A stretch of DNA of 64,000 nucleotides from Octopus vulgaris (Eukaryota): positions 54,746,001 through 54,810,000 of the forward strand of contig OX597814.1 in the NCBI GenBank assembly GCA_951406725.2, in the 5' to 3' direction. Made by a program: the position numbers and the translations under genes. This document shows positions 40,174 through 53,196 of this stretch, one piece after another. The notes under the pieces were generated by a model. It was not told the origin of the DNA. It ran no database searches and was given only the letters and a program-made list of their open reading frames with translations. How positions within the stretch are numbered: position 1 is the first letter of the stretch; each line of letters starts with the position of its first letter.

Positions 40174-40312
40174 CAAAAGTACCAGAGTGACTCCAGGTCC
40201 ACGAGTTTCGTGCGTTGGCACTCATCAAAATAGTTACAGGTTCAACCTGTAACTAGTTTGATAAGTGCTAAGGCACGAAACTCTCGGACCATGAGTCACT
40301 CTGTTACTTTTG
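40174..40312. ncRNA. 139-bp palindrome with a hammerhead in each arm
   Basis: UUGAU(G/A)A-GUGC nnnn GCAC-GAAA-CUC[9 nt]GAG-UC-ACU on both strands. Confidence 0.85.
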
Positions 40313-40418
40313 TTGATTTTTAACACGCTACGTTTTTAAAGTAACCTTCCCTGGACGAAACATCTCACCCTTAAAGTGTTTAACAACACACATACATTAA
40401 GTATGTGACGTTGATAAC

Positions 40419-40474
<56 letters not shown>

Positions 40475-41109
40475 CTACATATATTTATTTATGTGTATTG
40501 ACATATATACATATTCTGTGTATTTTTATTGCTAATCATTGAAACCATACAAAGCATTTAAGTATTTATGTTAAAGTCTGTTCTCTCCACTTAGCTTCAC
40601 CTGCTCATAGCAGGAGATTATTAAGTTTATGCAAGGAGTAACCGACCAACAAATGTATCATCATGTGCCACATTGTTATAGTATAGCGTGTTTTATTGCC
40701 ATCAAATATACACGAAAATAGAACGAAAATATATTTTTAAAGTATTTATTACTTACAAAGAAAAACAAAAGCAGCGACTATGATCACTTTTAGGAGAACT
40801 GGAGGAAGTTACCTCGGACCGAATAGCTAGCCTAAATGTTTACAAATGAGTAGACTCTGTTAAAGGCGTCTAATGGTCAGATGGCCGTGTTAAGCCATGC
40901 GATAACTCTATGAATCTAAATGTGTTGAAGGAAGATGTGTGAAATCAGGCACCCCTTCATAAGTAGAACTCCGTCATTTATTTCCTCATGCTTTCAGAAA
41001 ATAGATAATTTTTGATGAAATTTTCTATAAATATCTTTCAGATGATGTAAATCCCGATTATATTGAAGTTAAACGTGATTAAGAAAAAAAAAGCAATGCT
41101 GGGTGCGCG

Positions 41110-41672
41110 TACATACATGCATACATACATATATACATACATACATGCATAATGCATACATACATACATACATACATGCATACATGCATACATACATACA
41201 TACATACATGCAAACATACATACATACATACATACATACATACATACATACATACATGCATGCATACATACATACATACATACATACATGCATACATACA
41301 TACATAGATGCATACATGCATACATACATACATACATACATGCATACATACATACAAACATACATGCATACATACATACATGCATGCATACATACATACA
41401 TACATACATGCATACATACATACATACATACATACATACATGCATACATACATGCATACATGCATACATACATACATGCATACATACATACATGCATATA
41501 TACATACATACATGCATACATGCATACATACATACATGCATACATGCATACATACATACATACATACAAACATACATACAGTCATCCATCCATCCCTCCA
41601 TCCATCCATCCATCCATCCACATACATACATACATACATACATACATACATACATACATACATACATACATA
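41110..41672. repeat. Long compound (CATA/CATG/CATC)n microsatellite
   Basis: Direct inspection; largest of dozens of TA, CA, GA, TATG, TATC and TTA tracts across the window. Confidence 0.95.
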
Positions 41673-42546
41673 CCGACGCACATCACATACATATATACGC
41701 AAAGTGAAAGTTAAAATTTTGAAAAACGTTTGTGATGTGTGTCGTTATGTATGTGTGGGCGCCCACAGTTTCTCACATTAAATTCAGATATATTCGTAAT
41801 CTACACGACTTGAAAAGTATTTGAAGAAAATCTCATTTACAAATTTCCCTTTTTCTGAAAGTTATGTGGACAGAAAGTCAACTCGAGAGAATCAACCGAA
41901 ACATCTCTTCGCCGCCTTCGAAAAACGTTTTCACAACAAATTCCGATGTGATCAAAGTTTACACCATCGATTGGCATTTGTAGAAAATTTCATTAGAAAT
42001 ATCTATTTTTCTGAAAGTTATGAGGAAGCAAAATCGAAATCGAGGAAGGAACACTTGTAATTGTAGGATATTCAAGCGTTTTCTCAGTATTGAACCTCAT
42101 ACATGCATTGAAAAAATAAAAATGCTATATTCTTCTTCGTGTAACAATTCGATGGGAGGAAATTGCATTGCCGAGGTTTGTGTTGGACTGTTCTCTGCTG
42201 CAAATTTTATTTAATGATTTCTGTTTAATTTTCTGCATACGGTAAGTTCAAATCTTACGGATCAAAACTTAAATTGATGGGGCCGCAAAATCATGAAAGG
42301 GACACGAAGACACATACCTTACTTTTCAAATGTTTGATAAAATGTACAATGTTCACGAATTTATTTAAGCAATAGATGTAGATGGAGCCGCTAAGGTATA
42401 TCAAATATTAAGCATGTTCCAAATATCTAATTTCAAATTCCAATATTAAATTATTAAGGATAATTATTGATTGGTAAAATGTACTAAGAATAACTGATCT
42501 CGCTCATCCTCCCTGTTACACACACACACACATACACACACATACA

Positions 42547-42589
<43 letters not shown>

Positions 42590-43136
42590 TCTTAGGAGTA
42601 GGGATCCGGTTCAAAGGACCTTGGGTAAGTCGCCACTTACAATACAGAATTTGAAGTTGAAAGTCTTGAGTGTTAATAGGTTTAATTTATAACCGTGAAT
42701 CCTGCAAAATATACTTTGTTTTACCCGGACAACACACACACACACACACACCACGTATATAGATTAAGCATGTATGTATGTATGTATGTATGTATGTATG
42801 TATGTATGTATGTATGTATGTATGTATGTATGTATGTATCTTAGAGAGCGGAGTAGATAAAGGTGTAAATAATAGCGCACATATATTTGATTCTAACTTC
42901 TTATGACGGAAGCAACGTACAATTCTGGCTAAGAATAAAGCTTCTAAAATATTTGGAGGAGGTTCGAAGGATTGCTTTGGTACAATGGTAGGATGTCCGT
43001 TTGCAAGATGTGTGTTTGAGTCCTACGGTCAGCTTTCTACTTTTTCCATAGAAGTTTTTTCCCCAATATGTACCCGTTATTGTTTATAGCTTCATGTACT
43101 TCGTGTTACAATGTCAAAAGCGATATATTTCACGAC

Positions 43137-43286
43137 TTCCGGAGTTTCTAGATTCCTTTGACGTAAACAATATACATACATACATACATACATACATGCA
43201 TATATATATATATATGTATGTATGCATGTATGTATGTATGTATGTATGTATGTATGTATTTGTTGCCAAGGAATCAGAACTCCGGA

Positions 43287-43327
<41 letters not shown>

Positions 43328-43424
43328 ATTTTTAGCAAGGAATCAGAAACTCCGGAATAAATAAATAAATATATGTATGTATGTATGTATATTGTTTACG
43401 CCAAAGGAATCTAGAAACTCCGGA

Positions 43425-43470
<46 letters not shown>

Positions 43471-43510
43471 ATTGTTTACGCCAAAGGAATCTAGAAACTC
43501 CGGAATAAAT
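43137..43510. repeat. ~40-bp unit repeated five times (one inverted) with microsatellite spacers
   Basis: ATTGTTTACGCCAAAGGAATCTAGAAACTCCGGAATA at 43390 and 43470, degenerate copies at 43258 and 43329, inverted copy at 43137. Confidence 0.9.
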
Positions 43511-43517
43511 AAATAAA

Positions 43518-43595
<78 letters not shown>

Positions 43596-45104
43596 TATAT
43601 ACACATATATGTGTATATATGAGAAACAAACATTCAGAAATGATGTTTGTTTGATAAAAGAGATTTTTCAGAAAGACTATTTCCTGTTCTGAGTATTGTA
43701 TTCTTTGGAATGACTTTGGAAGACTACGTGCTAATGATAAGGATCAGTATTTTTAGACTTGGTTCGGTCTTCAAGATTAAAATACACAATACGATATATT
43801 GTTGAACATTGCTTCTCGTTTGCATAGAGAACAAATAGAATAAAATAAAAGGAACACGTGATTTTCGTAGCATTCTAGTTTGAATCGTATAAACTCCTTA
43901 AACGAAACTTTTTAAAAAAAGCTTCATGACAACCAATCCTTATATAATGTTTGTTGCAGTTTATACCAAATGTTTGATTTAAGTATGTTTTCTACAATGT
44001 TCTCACTGCAAACAAGTTAGTTTATGTTTATATTTCAAACGCAACATAATTTGGTTTATTCAAAATACGATGAATAAGACCAGAAGAAAGCGAAGTTAAT
44101 ATGGAAACTGACGCATTCCGCGTTTTGAATATTTGATAAAAATAGTATCGTATTTTTGCTATTAAATCTAAGCCATCTGCCTCTTTTATATCATTGTTTA
44201 TGATACCTTACCTCATAAAATGAAGTGAACATAAACATTTTGTGTTTCATAAATGAATGAGCTAGGTAACCATGGAAACGATATTTTACGGAAGCATAGA
44301 GTAAACAGTGTTAAAGAAGAGAAATATTTTAGGGTCTAGAATTACATTAATAGGTGAAATAGCCAAAAACAGAGGGAGACTGAGATAAACACAAGGGGTA
44401 GAAAATTATAGCACGCCATAATATGAAGGCGGTTCTATGGCAGTCGAACGCCGTGCTAGAAATAACAGCCAAATGCGCTTTGAATAACACTTTTCCGTCT
44501 TAAAAGCACACTGGCTAAAGAAACCATTGATATGCTGTACGAAAAGATGGGATGGGATGGCCACAACTGGAATGTATTTGATTGTAAATATACTCGATAT
44601 CAGAGCTAATCAGCAATAATCATAACTGTACGAGACACTCTCGTCATTTATCATACATTAATTATTAAAAATGTAAGAAATAAAGTAAGGAGTAGAGTGT
44701 GAATGGAGGGAAACATGTCTTGTTGGCGCACAACATTCATTCACCCTCTGTCCTTCATGGGAATTATTGAATTTAGTGAAATAGCAACAGCTAGGAATCG
44801 AACCTGAACACATACGCACACGCGCGCACACACACACACACACACGCTTGCGCGCTTGTGCGCGCGCACGCATTAGCACACACATGCTCACGCGCGCACA
44901 CATGCACACACATATTCACAAGGCTTCCGAGAGTGGGATTCAACTAGTATATCGGCTATGGCGAGGTGGGGTCAGAAAGCCAGGATGGAACCTGTCTGCA
45001 GTCTAGAATTTTGAAACGGCCCCGCCTCATCCTAGGGCCTGAAAATACTTTTATTTCCCCATATCAATTTTTTTTCCGAGGCCATACATACATACATACA
45101 TACA

Positions 45105-45387
45105 TACATGGTGGCTGCCCCCTCGTTATCGAGTATGGCCATTGCACGAAGCTTAATCAATGTTGTTTTCGTGCAATGCCTGTACAAGAAGATTTCTTTT
45201 AAAGTGAGGAAAAGCTGTGCACTGAGTCAATCCCACTCACTAAGCAACAGCAGCCATAATCCGAAAAGAAGAACAAGTCAAGATCATCGGTAACCACTGA
45301 GCCGCAGGGTTTATGTCGGAGTTATCCCAGTTACCTGAGTTACCTTCTCGTAGAAGGATGCCCTAACAAAGGCTAGGAGTCCTTCAC
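45105..45387 (-). mobile_element. Possible RTE-related non-autonomous retroelement
   Basis: CCTAGCCTTTGTTAGGGCATCCTTCTACGAGAAGGTAACTC resembles a motif of RTE-clade 5'UTRs; flanked by (TATG)n. Confidence 0.35.
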
Positions 45388-45829
45388 TCACATACATACA
45401 TACATACATACATACATACATACATACATACATACATACATGCATGCATGCATACATACTTACATGCATCTATACATAATAAGTACATACATACATACAT
45501 ACATACATACATACATACATACATACATACATGTATGCGTAAATACTTATATATTATTATACTAAAAACAACAAAAACCTTGCGAAACATAGCTACTCAG
45601 AGTTTCCTGGCAGGAACCATAATTATTTCGCCATTTATTAAGCAGGTAAATAAGACGATTTAGTAACTGCGATCGATATAATTGAGATTTGAATGAACAT
45701 GCTCATTTATAAAAAGACAGAGGAGCAATCAAGGGGCAATACTTAACTGCGCAGGGAGTGTTTTACAAGTACCAAAAGTTACATAAACCAACACTGGAAT
45801 GGGTTATGATGTGTTCAGTGGTTATCACT

Positions 45830-46220
45830 AATTCCCACTAAGATGTGTTTTGCAAAATGCGAACAGTCCCTGGACGGAGCAATTATTTAAGCGAGCGTAA
45901 AGAACATCTTTTTTGACCCGCTGATATAAGGTTTGGTCTTAGAAAGGATCTTCCATCTGATGTTGCAGTTGATGTTCTTGTCCTTAAGTCTCTAAATTAA
46001 TACTGACAGGGTTTTTGAATGGAACTTCTTGGGTCATCTAAAGGTAGAAATATGGCTGTTGTATCTAGATTTAAATTTTCCATCCACTGACTCTATATAA
46101 CGTTTGGTCTCTGTCTGACTGGTGTCATAGATTGCCGACACCTGTGCTTCGTAAACGATGGAGTGTATATCGCATGCTAGCTCTAGAGGAAACATTTAAA
46201 TTTGTCTCTGCATCTACATC
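45830..46220 (-). mobile_element. Penelope-like GIY-YIG endonuclease remnant
   Basis: CRCRDKFKC..CDIHSIVYEAQV..KRYIESVDGKFKSRYNSHISTFR..NIRWKILSKTKPYISGSKRC. Confidence 0.85.
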
Positions 46221-46840
46221 TAGGACTGGTCCAAGTCATAGTTGCTTATTGATATAGGTTTTTACATTGGTGGGGGGACGTTAATATGTAATGTTTAAAC
46301 ATACTTTCATACATACATATATAATACTTATATACATATATATATAGATGCATGTATGTATATGTGTATGTGTGCGTATTTGTGCGTGTGTGTTTGCGTA
46401 AATGTTTGCGTGTGATTGTGTATAGGCCCGGTGTAGTCACTTAGTCCAGAAGTACGCTTCGGAACCACGAGATCACGCGTTATTTTATAAAGCCTCGAGT
46501 AAAATTCAATTGTAATTCAGTTAAGTACAGCCTTTTCACAAACACTGCATTACACTAGTTTTGCATGAAAATTTCTAGAAAGGAACACGTGTCAGAGGAA
46601 TGCTCAGCTACTAAGACGTTATTTCAGGACCAAGGTATCAGTTGGCCCACACCATCGAACAACGGAGATCCACAATCAATATACAGATATGTATATACAC
46701 ACATCCAAGATTTATCCATCCATCCATCCCCACGCCTTACCTCCCCCACTCTCTCTCTCCAACCGTCCATACGTACCTACATACATACAAACATAAATAT
46801 ACATGTATGTATGTAAATATGCATGTATGCGTGTAAGTGT

Positions 46841-46918
<78 letters not shown>

Positions 46919-47300
46919 CTGTGTGTGTACATATATGTACACATACACACACGCTGACATTCACGGACATATTGTATTAATGTTCGTTTTTATGTTTTTA
47001 TGTTTTTATGTTAAGTTATAAAAAAAACAATTTTACATAAATCAGATGGGTTCCCCTAAACTTTTATAGAGTACAAGTTTATATTCTTAAACGAGAATAT
47101 TATTGACAGTATGTTTCATCCAGTTCAGCCATAATTGGACTGCGCGATGGCTTAACTAGCTCAGTCTTCGAAGTCACTATCAAAAGTATTCGCGTTATAT
47201 ATATACATATATATATATTTATAATGTAAGGTATAAGTAAGAGGCATTATGCCCTCTAAGGGACAGAAGTATCCAGAGGCACTCCTGGTAATTACCACAG

Positions 47301-47476
47301 TAAGAAAATGGAGGAAAAGCAACAAATAGAAGTCTATCTTTGGTGCTAAAAAGCCATTATTTAATTACTTAAGCAAGGTGAAGGTAAGATTGAGTTTACC
47401 TTGCTTAACAAATTAAATAATGGCTTTTTAGCACCAAAGATACCCTTCTATTTGTTGTTTTTCCTCTATTTTCTTA
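47301..47476. repeat. Palindrome with ~80-bp arms
   Basis: TATCTTTGGTGCTAAAAAGCCATTATTTAATT and its reverse complement around a ~12-nt loop. Confidence 0.9.
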
Positions 47477-47483
47477 TCGTCTA

Positions 47484-47519
<36 letters not shown>

Positions 47520-47521
47520 TG

Positions 47522-47556
<35 letters not shown>

Positions 47557-48899
47557 ATATATATATACATATATACACACATATATGTATACACACATAC
47601 AATACATACATTCATTCATACATACATACATACATACAATACATATATACATACATACATACATACATACATACATACATACATACATACATACATACAT
47701 ACATACATACATACATACGTGCGTACGTAGACACACACACAGAGACATGCATAAATGCATACATAATGTTGTCTTGGTAGTATTTCGGAAATGACTGGGC
47801 CTCTTGCAAAGTGGGTCACACTTTCACTGTAAAGCTGAACTTGTTAATGTAATATTTAGTGACCTAGTCCACAGTATTTTCATTGTATTTTAACAATGGA
47901 TAAATGGCGCTGCTTACTAGCTCCTTACTTAAAAATAATGGTGGTCTTATATCCCTAACAAGACAAACTATCATTGTGTTTTATATTTCCTCTCCTTTCT
48001 TCCTTTTTATTGGTTGTCAGCTTGGCAAACAATTCAAAATATTACATAAGCTGTCGATTTGAATAAGAATTTCGAATATGAATTATATATAACCGATGTA
48101 AATGTTAGTGACATGTTAAATACGAAGTAGGTTCTGCTTAATATTATATTAGTGACCTTAGAAAAGAAATGAGTGTTAATGTTGAAATACAGAGTTCACA
48201 TAATAGTACTAAAATAGGGTTAGCGAGCAAAACTGGAAGTGTAATTCTTACTTTAACTTTGAAGTAAAGGCCATTTTGTCGTTCACAATATATTACTTGC
48301 AAACTGTGCTGCCACTACATACTAGGCAAATGCTTTGGTTGCTAAAATCTGGAAGCGCCTCATAAATTCTGAGCGACCTAAGTTTGTTGTTAACGTCATA
48401 AGAATTTATAAACTTTCAAGAGCGAACATGAAATAATTCTTTTTTGAAACAATGGATCTTGAAGTACACATTAAACTATAAATAACTGCATGTAAATATT
48501 GGGTAGAAAAACCCGTGTACATCCAGAGCCATTGTTCAAGAAAGTTTTTTTTTAATCTAACTAAAAACACGAAATCTCATATAAAAAGAAAACGAGGGAA
48601 GGAAAAGGGGTCTTATGATTTGTTAAATGGTTTCGCATTTAAGACATTTAAAATTTTGCCAGAGGACTGACGTTTTCATCGATATGCTTGATACTAATGA
48701 TATACATTTCTTGTGCGAGTGTTCATTTTAGTTTTTCAATTGCATTTTCTGTTTGTATTAAAAGGGTGACGCCTAGTAGAATTTATAGAAAACAAAAAGT
48801 TGTTGATGGGGTCGCACATACATACATACATACATACATACATACATACATACATACATACATACATACATACATACATACATACATACAAATATACTT

Positions 48900-48990
48900 T
48901 GTAGTTGATGTTGAAATCCCAATGAAAGAGCCTTGGATCTAGGTTAGAAACTGGCTCTTTCTCTATTGGCAAAATCTTAAAATAAAACCG

Positions 48991-49024
<34 letters not shown>

Positions 49025-49470
49025 CATACATACATACATACATACATACATACATACATACATACATACATACATACATACATACATACATACATACATT
49101 GGGGTACTGGGAAATGTAACACACTGCCTAAATACCAATCTTGAGAAATAAGGCTTCTCAAAACCAGAAAGGAGAAAGCTGATTCGAAGATTACAGATCT
49201 AAGTCATCATTGGAACTGTAAAAATCTCTAAAACTTTCCAGAAGTTTATCATTTAAGTATATATGAGCAGGTCTAGGCATGCAACTGTATGCATGAGAAT
49301 ACATACATAAGACAAAACATACAAATCTGCACATATACATACTTACATACATTCATGCAAAAATACCCTGCTGATGTTGTTGAAATTCCAATGAAGGAGT
49401 TTGGGATTTAGGTTAGAAACCGGCTCTTTCTTCATTGGCAAGAAATTTTGAAATAAAACCAAATAATGAC
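48900..49470 (+). repeat. Two ~90-bp direct copies of a retroelement 3' end (48900-48992, 49372-49470)
   Basis: GTTGAAAT(C/T)CCAATGAA..TAGGTTAGAAAC(T/C)GGCTCTTTC..ATTGGCAA..AAATAAAACC; stem-loop followed by AATAAA. Confidence 0.7.
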
Positions 49471-49797
49471 ATGCATACATGAGTATGTGTGTTTATGTAT
49501 ATAAACGCACAGAAAACATACAGTACCACCAAGCAAAGACTGATGTTTTGTGATAGAAAAGTTCACTCTAATGGTGAGCTGTTATGGGCTAAAACATACT
49601 CAAGTATCAGACAGGTATTTCTGAATGAAATTCATCTAGGTACAGTTTCAGAATATACGATCGAATTATTTTATGCTTGGTTCGGGATGATGTTTTTCCA
49701 CTCCCATTCCACACATATGCAAACACATGTCAAACACAAACACGTACGTATGTATGTATGTATGTATGTATGTATGTATGTATGTATGTATGTATGT

Positions 49798-50262
49798 ATT
49801 TGTGGCTATGGAGTTGTTTTGAACCTTATTTCTAGCAATGCCGGTACCACTCAGTACCCTCTGTCACTTTAGTGGCGTCTATAAATTTGCCTTTAGGTTG
49901 CTAAATTGTTAATAAACCCCTATATTATTTATAGTTTTCAGTTTTATCGTTGTTTAAATAATCGTACGAGTTCAACGGTTTTTTTTATAAGCTGACAAGG
50001 TGAGTTGAGTTTAACCCTTGGTCCTGTAAGAGTCACCGATGAGAATTAAGATGCTCTGCATCAAAATTCGAAATCACCATTGATCTGGCTATGTCCACTG
50101 GGACTTATCTCCTTTGTCAGCCGTTAAGATAGTGCATTTGTGGCGACTGTGTTTTGACTCTTATTTCTAGTAAAGCCTGTACCACTTAGTACCTTCTGTC
50201 ACTTTAGTGATGTCTACAAATTTGCCTTTAGGTTGTTAAATTGCTAATAAGCCTAACATATT
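49798..50262 (+). mobile_element. Retrozyme/pLTR-like element: ~125-bp direct repeats, 338-nt period, internal hammerhead
   Basis: Repeats start with ATTTGTGGC at 49798 and 50136; HHR at 50031-50090. Confidence 0.8.
50031..50090 (+). ncRNA. Type I hammerhead ribozyme (U4C variant)
   Basis: AGUCA-CCGAUGA-GAAUU aa GAUGC ucu GCAUC aa AAUUC-GAAA-UCA ccau UGA-UC-UGGCU. Confidence 0.85.
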
Positions 50263-50318
50263 ATATATATATATATGTAGGTAGGTAGGTAGGTAGCCAG
50301 ACACACATATATGTATAT

Positions 50319-50386
<68 letters not shown>

Positions 50387-51439
50387 TGTGTGAGGAGTTT
50401 TAAAGAAAGTTTAATATAGATAATTAATAAATATTAACATAAAGATATTCAAGTTTAAATTTTTCAAGATGTGTACCTGATGTTCTAAATATTTTTAAAC
50501 ATGTACCAGTTTGTTTTGTATGTGTTTGTGAATATTTATTTCATTCGTGTATAGGCTTTTTCGTCTGACAGTACGTATATGTATTTTGCATTAAGCTATT
50601 TATTTATATGAAAATAATTTGTTTAACATGTAAACTGAAGTATAAATTGTTTACCTTTTCTGGAGAGATGTAATTTATATGTACTAATTCATACGTACTT
50701 CCACAAAACTTAGCGACAGCGATTGGCATAACTATACATATTATAATGAAATATGAGATTTAAAACATAAGAAACTATTTAACCTTAGCGTCCCTTGAAC
50801 TGAATTCAAACAAATATTTACATTATTTTCTCCATCCCAGTACCAACTGATTTCAGACACTGGTAAAAAATCGGAGGGTTAAGCGATGTCCTGGTAAAGT
50901 ATCTTCATAAAAATTTTCTTGCTGCAGGAACCATCGAATGAAAGCCTTTGGAGCCCAGAGACAGACATAGTGGAACGCAATGGACCGATGTGAAGAACAG
51001 CACACGACAGACTAGACACTAAGTACATCTTTACATCTTATATATGAATGGAATTATGATAGAAATTATAGCCAACACTGATTTGTTACGACGTTTCGTA
51101 CCCGAGTACGCCTAATGTAAACAACAATGAGATCGAAGATGAAAAATGGGTAGTCTTTGGAGGTAACCTTAAATTAGTTATTTGATAGCATTGCTAACAC
51201 AGTAGAACACAGTTTTGACTTATAATAGAAGAGTATTTCGTTTAGTGTCTAGCAGTTTTAGCTACAAAGTAATTTAGTATTGATGAAAGCACCAGCAAAA
51301 TACCGGCAATATCTTCTTGTATCTAAAGAGGAAATATTTTGGTGCAATAGTAAACTATAGTAACTTATCAACAAATCTCTTTGACATTATTTACATTATT
51401 TATATTTGACGGATATTTGGCCTCATCCTGTTTGTTGTT

Positions 51440-51485
51440 AACACAACGTTTCGGCTGATATACCCTCCAGCCTTCATCAGGTGTC
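51440..51485 (-). ncRNA. Minimal type I hammerhead ribozyme
   Basis: GACAC-CUGAUGA-a-GGCUG gaggguauau CAGCC-GAAA-CG-UU-GUGUU. Confidence 0.88.
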
Positions 51486-51555
51486 TTGGGGAAATTTCGA
51501 ACCTGGATTCTCATTCCTAAGGTATTCTTCGATTATTATTATTATTATTATTATT

Positions 51556-52108
51556 GAGTGAGAGAGCAGTGCATGCCATCAAAGTGACACTGGGGTAAAA
51601 TATACGAAGCCCAATATACCCATCATGACTACCCGTCTGATAAAGGTACACCAGGCACATGCATCACAACCATATGTGCGCGACATGGTGATCTCATATC
51701 AAGATAAACAGCACATGACCTTGCAGGTGGGGCCCAGTTAGAATTTTCTTCAGGTTGAGTAGCCCATCCCGCTCAAAAGGTCCCTGAATAAGGGTTGTTT
51801 AAGGATGTTGAAAGAACCACCCATGTTTCCAGAGGTGAATTATTCAAACCCAAAGAATCCCTCTCAACACATGGCTATGATGCTCCCCCACTACTTCTGC
51901 TCGTGATCAGAGATGCACATATCGTCAGCCACTAAGGGACATGCTCAACTGGTTAAGGTCAAACAACTGACAAGCAAATCTGTGGTATTGAGCAGAATAT
52001 TTGCTGTAGCCCATCTTTTATACCAAGACAAAACAATGTACATGATAACACTTCCAATCAGTTAAGATCAGAAGCCATGAGAGCCACTGCCTGGTACTGC
52101 ATCAGGGC

Positions 52109-52110
<2 letters not shown>
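51556..52110 (-). mobile_element. ~555-bp non-coding insertion within (TAA)n; candidate R4/Dong-dependent element
   Basis: Bounded on both sides by pure (TTA)n, with no ORF; Dong elements are known to target TAA repeats. Confidence 0.55.
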
Positions 52111-52175
<65 letters not shown>

Positions 52176-52384
52176 GTTCAGGTCACTGCTTGGAATCGAA
52201 CTCAGAATCTTGGGGTTATTAGCCCGCGCTCTTAACCACTACGCTATATGCCCGTCACCATCTCCTTTCGCACGGTCATTCTACAAGTGGTGACCCCTAC
52301 GTGATTTTGCTTTTATTGTAAGGCGACCGTGCGGCGTTTAACGGAGTCATTCATTCGTCACCATCTTCTTGCGTACGGTCGTTC

Positions 52385-52750
52385 TACATATCCTTCAGAC
52401 TTCCTTAACATGAATGACAATGGGTTTATAGAAAGTATAAACAACATCACAGAGAGGCTGTCTCTTTGGAATATGTCTTTGCGATACTGTTTTCTATCAG
52501 TAATAATACAGTTACTCTTGTGTTTTATTTCAAGATGGTGGCCCACGATGAATTGAGGTCAGCTATGACTTTGATTATGCTCACTGGAACTTTAGCAAGT
52601 GAAAGGTATCTAGCATCCATGAGTGGGGAACAGAGTCAAAGGTTTTCTTGTAGTCTAGCCACATTGAAACTAGGTTCCTCCTATGCTCTCACACGTCTGA
52701 CATCACAGTTTTGTTGATTAACAGTTGTTCGGCACACCCCCAGACCCCCT
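52385..52750 (-). mobile_element. R4/Dong-like LINE RT fragment
   Basis: GCAEQLLIN..WLDYKKTFDSVPHSW..IFQRDSLSVMLFILSINPLSFML..GY. Confidence 0.8.
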
Positions 52751-52756
52751 TCTTCC

Positions 52757-52814
<58 letters not shown>

Positions 52815-52829
52815 AGATAGATATCTGAT

Positions 52830-53109
52830 TGGCTGCCGTCGCTTTCGTCTACGTAAGTCTAGACAATTTCTCATATTTATGTTTGTTTATATTGAATTTT
52901 TGTCAACAGTTGGTTAACAACATCAGCTTTCATCTGAGTGAGGCACTATTACGAAAATCCACCCGCTGCGGGTGTATTTTTGCTTTTTTAAAAATCTGTC
53001 CTGAAAAATTGATAACTTGGCTGAAGCGGCCAGCGTTCCATCGTCCTTTATGGACATTAATTTCCCTGATATGCCGAACGCTGCAGGGAAGTGAGAAAGC
53101 ATTGAATCA

Positions 53110-53196
<87 letters not shown>

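Larger units (their letters stand above)
51384..52253 (-). mobile_element. tRNA(Ile)-headed SINE carrying a hammerhead ribozyme, split by an insertion
   Basis: Head at 52253-52180 (A box TAGCGTAGTGG, CTAATAA anticodon loop, B box GAGTTCGATTCC), then (AAT)n, body with HHR at 51440-51485, and tail (AAATAATGT)2. Confidence 0.75.

Noticed and set aside
43137-43510. CRISPR-like repeat/spacer array
   Set aside because: Eukaryotic context, spacers are microsatellites, one unit is inverted, and there are no cas genes.
50850-51030. Possible plus-strand exon after TTTTCTTGCTGCAG
   Set aside because: Short frames with stops and no recognisable product or partner exon.
52180-52253. Functional tRNA-Ile gene
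   Set aside because: Acceptor, anticodon and T stems are mispaired; treated as a SINE head.
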